NCBI GenBank assembly: GCA_050952085.1
Contig: JBMNKH010000003.1
Span: 38,626 to 102,625 of the forward strand
Origin: Bacillota bacterium
GTDB lineage: Bacteria > Bacillota > Sulfobacillia > Fermentithermobacillales > Fermentithermobacillaceae
Direction: 5' to 3'
DNA length: 64,000 nt
A model generated the notes under the pieces. The model did no database searches, was not told the DNA's origin, and worked only from the letters and a program-made list of their open reading frames with translations. Below are positions 41,687-50,077 of the stretch, piece after piece. A program made the position numbers and the translations under genes. Every line of letters begins with the position of its first letter. Within the stretch, counting starts at the first letter, position 1.

Positions 41687-42515
41687 ATGTCATTCTTTGA
41701 AAGACTTCAGTCGATCCCGCGTATTACAATATACGTCTTGGTCGTAATCGTGCTGTCAATACCACTCATATTTCCGATTAGTCTTCCCTTACAGGTAGTA
41801 CCCATGACTCAAGCCGTGTATGATGCGATTGAAGCCCTCGAGCCGGGTTCGATATTCATGTTGTCCACTGACTGGGAAGCATCTACCGAGGCTGAGTCGG
41901 GACCCCAGACAGAGGCCATTGTAAGACACGTCTTGGCAAGAGACCTGAAGCTAATCATTGTGGGACTCTGGCCTCAGGGCAACTCGGCTACGCAGCAGAT
42001 TGTTGAGCGAATAGCTTCCGAAATGGGAAAAACTTACGGCGTAGACTGGGTCAACCTGGGGTACAAGCCGGGCGGCGAAGTTGTTCTAGCGTCTTTGGCT
42101 GCTAACCTGCGGGAACTCTACAGTTCAGACGTTAGGGGGACCCCGCTGGACCAGCTTGAGATATGCAAAGGACTCACCAGCGCTAAAGATGTGGACTTGG
42201 TTTGCTCGGTTTCTTGGGGCGACCCGGGCCATCTCACATGGGTAAAAATGGTTCAGACTCAGGTGGGGGTTCCGGTGGTGGCCGCGGTAACTGCAGTGTC
42301 TCTTCCGGGTTGTGCACCCTACCTCCAGTCGGGCCAGCTCTTGGGTGTAGTAGGTGGCCTGGGCGGAGCAGCCCAATATGAGAAGCTTGTGGGCTATGCC
42401 GGAAAGGCCGCCGCCGGAATGGGCGCGCAGAGCTTTCGGCCACATATTGGTTCTAACCCTGGTTGTGCTGGGCAACATCGGATATCTTGCCACCAGAAAG
42501 TCGAAGGAGGGTTAA
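41687..42515 (+). CDS. Uncharacterised protein with two TM anchors and a soluble domain (cassette 1, subunit C); 1-bp frameshift near 42435
   Basis: VNLGY.PGGE, DVRG, SGQ, GG..GAAQYE; removing one T restores AQSFGHILVLTLVVLGNIGY, matching the paralog. Confidence 0.82.
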
Positions 42516-42518
42516 ACT

Positions 42519-43112
42519 ATGAAATTGGGAATCACTGTTGCAGCCCTTCTTAACCTTGGTTTGTGGAGCTTCCTCATAGGCGATAACCGGGTGTTCAGGT
42601 TGGTTCAGAGCCTCTATGTGGGTGCTGCGGTAGCCCATACATTTGTACTGGCTTACAGAAACACCCTCATACCCAACCTTTGGCAACCCTTTACGGAAGG
42701 CAAATACGTATTGGTTATTCCCATGGTGCTGGGCCTGGCCCTGTTTACCAGGGTGTCCAAGAAATACTCTCATATTTCCAAGATACCCATGACCTTTATC
42801 GTGGGCGTCGGAGCTGCCCTGGCTATCCGCGGTGCCCTGTTGTCTGACTTGGCCACCCAGGTTGCGTCGGTCATGGTATCTTTGAACACCGTAGATAACA
42901 TCGTCATGCTGATAGGAACTCTATGCACACTCATCTATTTCACCTTTACGATCAAGCCGACACCCGTGACCGGCACCATGTCTTACATCGGCAGGTACTT
43001 CATGATGGCGGCCTTCGGAGCTGCATTCGGAAATACGGTCATGGCCAGGATGTCCCTGCTCATAGGCAGACTTCAGTTCCTGTGGGGCGATTGGCTGGGC
43101 ATCATCAAGTAG
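42519..43112 (+). CDS. Uncharacterised multi-TM protein (cassette 1, subunit D)
   Basis: DNRVFR..Q...VG, GRYFMMAAFGAAFGN.V..R, GDWLGI; paralog at 57014. Confidence 0.85.
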   Translation: MKLGITVAALLNLGLWSFLIGDNRVFRLVQSLYVGAAVAHTFVLAYRNTLIPNLWQPFTEGKYVLVIPMVLGLALFTRVSKKYSHISKIPMTFIVGVGAALAIRGALLSDLATQVASVMVSLNTVDNIVMLIGTLCTLIYFTFTIKPTPVTGTMSYIGRYFMMAAFGAAFGNTVMARMSLLIGRLQFLWGDWLGIIK

Positions 43113-43131
43113 ACGCTCGGAGGTTGGTGAT

Positions 43132-44289
43132 ATGTCAAGAAGAGACGAGTGGCGGAAGAAGGCTCTGGCCTCCATCGATGCCGCGAGGGAAGACCTATTG
43201 GCGATTTCCCATGACATCTTCGAGTACGCAGAGCTTGCATTTGAGGAATTCCGTTCAGCGGAAAGGCTCCGGAGTTTCCTCAGAGAGCGGGGCTTCAGGA
43301 TCAGCGATGTTGAGGGATTGCCCACGGCGTTCATAGCTGAGAAGGGGACAGGATCGCCGGTAGTGGCTTTCATGGCTGAGTACGATGCCCTTCCGGAAAT
43401 AGGGCATGCCTGCGGGCACAACATTATAGCTGCGGCCGCCGTAGGAGCAGGCTTAGGTGTTGCTTCGTTCATCGAGGAGTCCGGCGGCACTGTCAGGGTA
43501 ATCGGCACTCCTGCCGAGGAGGGCGGAGGCGGGAAGATTATCATGGTAGACAAAGGCGTGTTCGACGATGTGGATGCTGCCATGATAGTGCATCCGTCGG
43601 GAGCCTACATGGCAGACGACCATTCCTATGCCATTCAGGGCTTTGACATCCAGTTCATAGGCAAAGCGGCTCATGCGGCCTCCGGCCCTCAGCACGGCAT
43701 AAATGCACTTGATGCGGCCGTGGAATTTCTCGTCAGCCTGAATGCTTTCCGCGAGCACATGACAGATGACGGCCGGATTCACGCCATCATCACCCACGGG
43801 GGCAGTGCGGTCAACGTAATCCCTGAACGCAGTGAGCTAAAGGTTGCAGTGAGAGCTACCACTAAGGAATATCTGGATGAGCTTATCCAGCAGGTCGAGC
43901 GCAAGGTCAAGGGTGCTTCGATCTCCGCGGGGTGTCAGTATTCCATAAAGCCTCGAGGGCTCCTTTGCAGGGAGATTAACGTGAACCGCGAGCTCTCAAG
44001 GTTGTTTGAAGAAAACTTCAAGTCCCTGGGGATACCCGTTGCTCCCAGAGGGGATTCCAAGGGCTCTACGGATGTCGGCAATGTGAGCCATGTTGTTCCC
44101 ACTATCCAAGCGTATGTGGGAATCGGCGCCGATGTTTGCCACACCGTCGAGTTCCGGGAGGCCAGCATATCTCAGAAGGGAGATGAGGCGGTCATCGATG
44201 GCGCCAAGGTGATGGCGCTGACCGCGGCGGATATCCTCTCAGATGAAACGGTGCTTGAAAGGATGCGCTCGTCGTTTAGGGGTGAGTGA
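43132..44289 (+). CDS. M20 family amidohydrolase (ACY1L2/AbgB-like)
   Basis: EYDAL, HACGHN, GTPAEEGGGGK, G.NALDA, GSTDVGNVS. Confidence 0.93.
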   Translation: MSRRDEWRKKALASIDAAREDLLAISHDIFEYAELAFEEFRSAERLRSFLRERGFRISDVEGLPTAFIAEKGTGSPVVAFMAEYDALPEIGHACGHNIIAAAAVGAGLGVASFIEESGGTVRVIGTPAEEGGGGKIIMVDKGVFDDVDAAMIVHPSGAYMADDHSYAIQGFDIQFIGKAAHAASGPQHGINALDAAVEFLVSLNAFREHMTDDGRIHAIITHGGSAVNVIPERSELKVAVRATTKEYLDELIQQVERKVKGASISAGCQYSIKPRGLLCREINVNRELSRLFEENFKSLGIPVAPRGDSKGSTDVGNVSHVVPTIQAYVGIGADVCHTVEFREASISQKGDEAVIDGAKVMALTAADILSDETVLERMRSSFRGE

Positions 44290-44679
44290 ATCCAGTCGGA
44301 TGCATGGATTTGGCTTATGGCCGGTACGATGAGTGCCAGGGGGATGCCGGCTGTCGGAAATCGGATGCGGTCTGGGAGCCGTGCCGGCGAGCGAGGCTTC
44401 CGCCAGCGATGAGGCGGAACGTCTACGTTCTGGGCCCTGCCTGCACATACCAGGTCCGGCATGTGCGCCTTTTGCCAGCGATCAGGTGGAAGACTAGACT
44501 GGGATCAGATGAAGACTAAACCGGGCAGTCATACAGATACAGGCCTAGTGCAAGTAGCGGGGCACCCGGGCTTGTCAATGCCACCGGGTGCCCGGCGAAT
44601 GTTGAGGCATGGGCGAGTCTTGCTAAACATGCAGGTTCCTAAGACAGAGTTCTGAGATACATTTCTCAGACATAAGAGC

Positions 44680-44940
44680 AGAGGCTGTAGGAATGGATGC
44701 TGTAATCGTAGAGGCTGCAGGAGTGGGTAGTAGGGGATGCAGGCCTGGAGGATGCATGTGTAGAGTGATACAGGATGCAAGAATAGCGGATGCAGGAGCA
44801 GAGGACCCGGGAGTAGAGGCAAAACTAAAGGATGCGGGAGCAGAGGACCCAGGAGTAGAGGCAGCAGAGGGTGCGGGAGCAGAGCTCTCGCGCGTAGAGG
44901 CATAGGGCACAGGAGCAAAGGGCACAGAAGTATAGAGGAT
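44680..44940 (+). repeat. G/A-rich low-complexity tract with GATGCAGG repeats and a 42-bp-period duplication
   Basis: GGATGCRGGAGCAGAGGACCCRGGAGTAGAGGCA at 44788 and 44830. Confidence 0.75.
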
Positions 44941-45022
44941 GAAGTCTGGCCTCTGTTGAAAGATGTCACAGAGCCAGAACCCAAGGCTAAGCAACGGGAA
45001 TATGCCGTACGAGGTGATCTGC

Positions 45023-46663
45023 TTGTTGACTGTGCGGCGAGCACTCAAGATCGGCGGGTTGGCAAAATCGAGGCTTGTGGCAGGTCATCAGGGGCTTGAT
45101 AATGAGATCCACTCAGTTGACGTGATAGAAGTGCCCGACATCAGGGATTGGATCAAGCCAAACGAGCTGGCGGTGACTTCCGGTTTTGCGGTGAAAGACA
45201 GCAGGCAAGCACAGGAACGTCTGGTCAGAGACCTGGCGGAGAACAAGGCTGCTGCCCTGGCTGTCAAGACAGGTCGCTATCTCGGTGATACCATACCCGA
45301 AGTGATGATAGCTGCGGCCAATGAGGCCGGTTTTCCCCTCATCGAGGTTCCCGCCGGCATCCCGTATACCGAAATTACCTTGCCGATAATATCAGCCATC
45401 TTGAACGAACGTGCATACAGATTTCAGTATGAATCCTACATCCGGGGAATGCTGCAGAAATGCGTCATAGAGAACAGGGGAATCGAGTCCCTTGCCAATA
45501 CCATAGCAGAGATAGTCGGAAGCCCGACTTGCATAGTCTCTCATGACGGACGTTTACTTGCTTCTTGCGGAAAGCATCTTGAGCATCGGAACATCAAGGT
45601 CCTACTGGAGCAAAGCAGAAAACAGTCTGGCCCGGCTACCGATGGGAGTCTGCCGGGAACCTGGTTTGAGGATCTGCTTTGCGTACCTGCCTGTGGCAAA
45701 GGGGGTATCTTAGGGTACCTGATCGTCGACCGTTCCAAGCAAGGCCCCTTGGACGTGTTCGAGGAGACAGCTCTTAGGGAAGCGGTAACGGTAGTAGTGC
45801 TGGAATTGACCAAACATCGTATAGTCCAGGAGGCTGAAACAACCCTAGAGCGGAGGCTTCTCGAATACAGCTTGACCCACCTCCAAGCCGATTTGCTGTT
45901 GCCGGACATACGGGACTTACCCGGATTCGTCTTCAGAGACCCGTACGCGGCCATCCTGGTGAAGCCCAGACAGCATGTACGCTTGGCTGCGGACTGGGGA
46001 AGATTGCTGACGGCAAGAAAGTGCCTGGAACTGGTGAAATGCGCTGAAAGGCCCTCGGTGGGCAGTTGGTTGCCCGTGTTCGTTGACAGAGAACGAGACG
46101 AGGTGATCATGGTTTGGTCCGGAATAGGAACGCCCGACAGTGACATGATAAGCGACCAATGTGTAGCAGAACTCCAACGTCTGCAGAGATGCCTGTGTCG
46201 CAATGCCGGCATTGAGATACTGCTGGGTGTAAGTAGGATCCATGTGGGAATCGACAGTTATGCAAGTGCTGCTGACGAGGCCAGGAAGGCGGCACGGATT
46301 GGAGACTCCTGCATTTTCACAGAGGGAGTGATGCTGGCTCAGGATGCAGCCATATATGAGTTCATCGACAATATTGACAGGGACACACAAGCACGATTTG
46401 CCGAGGACAATCTGAAACAACTCATAGGTCAGGACGGGAATCGTGAGCTTATCAAGACCCTGGCCGTCTTCTTGTACTGCGGCGGCCAGATTTCCCAGGC
46501 AGCCGAGAAACTGTTTATCCACAGAAATACACTCAACTATCGTTTGGACAAGATAAGTGCTCTCCTTGGTTGCGATGTGAGACATCCCAGGAACCGATCC
46601 AGGTTGGAGCTTGCGCTTGTTGCAGCTTGTCTTTCGGGCGTAATCCCGAGACAGGGCGATTGA
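45023..46663 (+). CDS. PucR/CdaR-family transcriptional regulator
   Basis: LTV..AL, VAG..GL, V.V.E.PD...W....EL..TSG; C-terminal HTH AAEKLFIHRNTL.YRL.KI; TTG after GAGGTGA. Confidence 0.93.
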   Translation: MLTVRRALKIGGLAKSRLVAGHQGLDNEIHSVDVIEVPDIRDWIKPNELAVTSGFAVKDSRQAQERLVRDLAENKAAALAVKTGRYLGDTIPEVMIAAANEAGFPLIEVPAGIPYTEITLPIISAILNERAYRFQYESYIRGMLQKCVIENRGIESLANTIAEIVGSPTCIVSHDGRLLASCGKHLEHRNIKVLLEQSRKQSGPATDGSLPGTWFEDLLCVPACGKGGILGYLIVDRSKQGPLDVFEETALREAVTVVVLELTKHRIVQEAETTLERRLLEYSLTHLQADLLLPDIRDLPGFVFRDPYAAILVKPRQHVRLAADWGRLLTARKCLELVKCAERPSVGSWLPVFVDRERDEVIMVWSGIGTPDSDMISDQCVAELQRLQRCLCRNAGIEILLGVSRIHVGIDSYASAADEARKAARIGDSCIFTEGVMLAQDAAIYEFIDNIDRDTQARFAEDNLKQLIGQDGNRELIKTLAVFLYCGGQISQAAEKLFIHRNTLNYRLDKISALLGCDVRHPRNRSRLELALVAACLSGVIPRQGD

Positions 46664-46666
46664 TGT

Positions 46667-46742
46667 TTGTGCAACCTAACGGCCTTGGCGGGCATTTCTT
46701 GTGCGTCATACAGATAAAGCTGACTTGCCTTTGATCGACAAT
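46667..46742 (+). promoter_or_regulatory. Putative PucR/CdaR-type tandem operator plus -10
   Basis: TTGTGC boxes at 46667 and 46699 (32 bp apart), GACAAT at 46737. Confidence 0.45.
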
Positions 46743-46764
46743 GTGTTGGAGGAGGGAGCGGGTG

Positions 46765-47424
46765 TTGAGGAAAAACGCGACAGCCAAGATCGGGATTATC
46801 AGGGTCTTGACCACCGATGACGTACATCTTCTGAACATGCATGGCACGCTGATAGAAGCGCTATTCCCCAATTTGGATGTCGTATCTCGCTGTATTCCGG
46901 ATCATCCTAAAGGGGTGTATGACTCGGAAACCGAGGCCAGTGCCGGACCGCTGGTGGTCCGGCTGGCACGGGAGTTTGAGGCCGAAGACTGTTCAGCAGT
47001 AATCATCAGCTGCGCGTCAGATCCGGGACTGGATATGGCAAGAAAAAACGTAGGTATTCCTGTGATTGGAGCGGGTAAAGCAGCGGCCCTTATGGGGAGG
47101 GCCTTTGGACGGAAAGTCGGTGTGCTTGGCATAGGTGGTTCCGCCCCCAAACGGATGGAGAAAATCCTCGGAGACCTGCTGGTAGGCTACGCCAAGCCAG
47201 AAGGTCTGGAGAATACCACCAACCTTCTGACGGCTGAGAGCCAAAGGGCCGTGTTGGATGCAGGCTTGAAGCTGAAGCAGGCAGGAGCGGAAGTAATAGT
47301 CCTTGCGTGCACTGGGCTCTCAACAGCCGGAAGTGCAGCGCCTTTATCAAAGGCCACAGGGTTAAGAGTGGTTGACGCTGTCCAAGCCGCGGGTTTTCTG
47401 GCATATTATGCCGTTACTTTCTAG
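46765..47424 (+). CDS. Asp/Glu/hydantoin racemase family protein
   Basis: IG.IRVLT, ISCASDPG and LACTG two-Cys motifs; start near 46762-46765 after GGAGG. Confidence 0.88.
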   Translation: MRKNATAKIGIIRVLTTDDVHLLNMHGTLIEALFPNLDVVSRCIPDHPKGVYDSETEASAGPLVVRLAREFEAEDCSAVIISCASDPGLDMARKNVGIPVIGAGKAAALMGRAFGRKVGVLGIGGSAPKRMEKILGDLLVGYAKPEGLENTTNLLTAESQRAVLDAGLKLKQAGAEVIVLACTGLSTAGSAAPLSKATGLRVVDAVQAAGFLAYYAVTF

Positions 47425-47439
47425 GCCTGTGTTCGGTCC

Positions 47440-47745
47440 GGCGCACAAATGCAAGCCCGAGAATGCACGTGGATGAGAATACAGACACATGGGAATGCAG
47501 GCTAATGAGGATGCAGGCCCGCGATAATGCAGACGCAAGAAACCAAGGTGCATGATTGTACAGGCACATAAGAATGGAAGTATAGAGCTTGCAGGTGAAC
47601 CGCAACGCAAGCGCACAGACTGCTGTCGTAGGAACGGATCAGCAAGGTAAGAGCATAAAGGAAGAAGCAAGAAGGAGAAAGCAAGCAGAAGAAAGCAAGA
47701 AGAAGAAAGCTAGAAGAAAGCAAGCAAGAGAAAGCTAGAAGGACA
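47440..47745 (+). repeat. Purine-rich low-complexity tract (ATGCA and GAAAGCAA repeats)
   Basis: 47661-47742 is almost entirely A/G with recurring AGAAAGC(A/T)A. Confidence 0.7.
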
Positions 47746-47781
47746 GGGCATGTTCATGCTGCAGATAGGGAGGGGAAATCC

Positions 47782-48729
47782 TTGAGCTTCAAAGCTACTC
47801 TGAAAGCACTTGACTTGCTTGACGACTCCCGTGTAACCGGCGGCCAGGTTGCTGAATATCTGCAATCACTGGGGCTGGAAAACGTGCGGACTGAAAGGGT
47901 TCACGGTGAGAAGGGGTTTACAGATTTCCTTCAGGTTGCCATCCCCGGAGCCCAAGGGAAACTGGCAGGAGGCAAGGCGCCCACCCTTGGGATAATCGGC
48001 AGGCTTGGAGGTATCGGTGCGCGTCCTGAGATGATCGGGCTTGTCTCTGACGGGGACGGGGCAGTGGCGGCACTTGCGAGTGCCATAAAGCTGGCAGTCA
48101 TGGCGCAGCGGGGCGATCGACTTCACGGAGACGTAATGATTTCTACTCATGTCTGCCCCCATGCCCCCACGCAACCCCACGATCCCGTGCCCTTCATGGG
48201 TTCTCCTGTGGACATGAACACCATGAACAAGTATGAAGTGTCCGGGGAAATGGACGCAATACTGTCAATCGATACCACAAAGGGAAACCGGGTGATCAAC
48301 CACAAGGGTTTTGCCATCTCGCCTACGGTAAAACAGGGGTACATACTGCGTGTGAGTGACGACCTCCTGGACATCATGAGCATTACCACCGGCAAGCTTC
48401 CTGTGGTGTTTCCTATAACCACTCAGGATATCACCCCGTACGGAAACGGCATATATCATCTAAACAGCATCCTTCAACCGTGTACGGTCACCGCTGCACC
48501 GGTGGTGGGAGTTGCGATTACAACCGAAACCGCCGTGCCGGGATGTGCCACCGGGGCAAGTCACGTAGTGGACATTGAACAAGCGGTCCGTTTCAGCATC
48601 GAAGTGGCCAAGCAGTTCGGAGTGGGCAAGTGCAAGTTCTGCGATGAAGCAGAGTTCCAAAGGCTGGTGGAGTTGTACGGGCCAATGACCGTGCTCCAAA
48701 CCCATGGTTCGATGGCCGAAGACCTGTAG
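47782..48729 (+). CDS. DUF1177 family protein (putative metallopeptidase-like)
   Basis: GRLGGIGARP..IGLVSDGDGA, H.CP.APT.PH.PVPFM, SIDTTKGNR, QDITPYGN..YH.NSI.QP. Confidence 0.85.
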   Translation: MSFKATLKALDLLDDSRVTGGQVAEYLQSLGLENVRTERVHGEKGFTDFLQVAIPGAQGKLAGGKAPTLGIIGRLGGIGARPEMIGLVSDGDGAVAALASAIKLAVMAQRGDRLHGDVMISTHVCPHAPTQPHDPVPFMGSPVDMNTMNKYEVSGEMDAILSIDTTKGNRVINHKGFAISPTVKQGYILRVSDDLLDIMSITTGKLPVVFPITTQDITPYGNGIYHLNSILQPCTVTAAPVVGVAITTETAVPGCATGASHVVDIEQAVRFSIEVAKQFGVGKCKFCDEAEFQRLVELYGPMTVLQTHGSMAEDL

Positions 48730-49457
48730 ACTTCGCGTGGACTCGAGCCCAAAGGCCGGACCGGTGTGTCGAATCCCAGTCCGGCCTGGGCAGTTTCCTT
48801 GATTCTTGCATCCCTTCCGTGGCCTTGGCCTTCAAGACCTTGATGGAGTTCTTTCTCAGCGTTCTTTGATATGATTCAGCCAGGCTTGTGGTTTCAGGGG
48901 TGTCCAAGTTGGAAGATGCCTGCAGAAGCTCTCTCCAGAAAAGGGGTCAGGCAGTGCAAGTCGCATTGTGGCATGGTCTGCGAAGGATATTAGCTGAAGT
49001 CCCTCGAGCGAATCTCAGCGGCCTCCCCAGTAGATGCCCTTGAGTTCCTAGTCCATCATCTCCATCCGGAGTCTCGTTGGTCACATATAGCACAGCATCT
49101 TAAACCCTGTGCTCCCTCAAGTTAATGAACGGATAATCCTCGCCTTTACAGTCGCGTGAGATATCCCCTACAATGGATATCCTGAGTTTTGTGATAACCA
49201 AACCTCTTCCGGCGCTATGTCACTGCCTTCATTCATGGTATCTCCTGGCTTTGACCGGTTAGGTATTCGCCGGTCTTCTCATCTGAATGCTTCCCGGAGA
49301 AGGGTACTTGTGTCGTATAATAGTGATATTGGCGCTTCCAGGGAGTTAGCTTAAGAGAAGGTTAAAGAATTGGCTTTTCCTACAGAGGAAAGCAAGCTCA
49401 GCTGCAGAGTCAGCAGTAGAATTGGATAACGTCGGAGCATTGAGAGGAGGAGACTCT

Positions 49458-50006
49458 ATGAAGGCAGACGCGTTCAGGAAATTGTCCTGGGGATTCATGT
49501 TCGAAATGATTGCTTTCAGGGTGATGGGGATTGATATACTGCCTGACATTATAGGCTTTATCTATTTTGGAGGGGCTTTGGCGATCTTGGCTGCGGAGAA
49601 TGAGCGTTTTGCCAGGGCTAAGAATCGTAACCTGATTCTCCTGCTTTTCTCTGTCCTACAGATATATGAACCTCCGGTCCAAGAGAGCGGGGTCCATTTC
49701 TATGGAGGGCCGCTGGCACTTACACTCGGCATAGTGATATCAATCTTGGCGTTAGTGCATGTATACGATATCTTCATGGGAATTAAGGACATGGCAGAAA
49801 AGGCGGGAGACCTCGCCGTCGCTCAGGAGGCAGATTCAAAGTGGTGCCAATACCTGGCGCTTCAGATCGCAGTCGTTTTCGGGTTCATCCTGGCTGCTCT
49901 TCCTGCACTTGGAACCGTCTACCTGATCGGCCTTTTTGTAGGTACAATAGCGCTCGCCATTAGCATAGCGGGATTCATGAAAAGGTGTGAGGAGAGGTTG
50001 GGCTGA
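49458..50006 (+). CDS. Hypothetical membrane protein
   Basis: AGGAGG SD; IDILPD.IG motif; several TM segments. Confidence 0.75.
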   Translation: MKADAFRKLSWGFMFEMIAFRVMGIDILPDIIGFIYFGGALAILAAENERFARAKNRNLILLLFSVLQIYEPPVQESGVHFYGGPLALTLGIVISILALVHVYDIFMGIKDMAEKAGDLAVAQEADSKWCQYLALQIAVVFGFILAALPALGTVYLIGLFVGTIALAISIAGFMKRCEERLG

Positions 50007-50077
50007 AGTCCGCTTGCCCAAAGAGGAATGACCCAACCGTTAAGGGTGAATGTGTCAGAGTTGTCACTGTAGATGAC

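Noticed and set aside
44286-45048. ORFs 44286-44519, 44693-44905, 44529-45044 and 44623-45048
   Set aside because: Low-complexity or unsupported translations of the repeat tract; no motifs
48730-49240. Possible decayed minus-strand gene
   Set aside because: Only short broken frames with no recognisable motif
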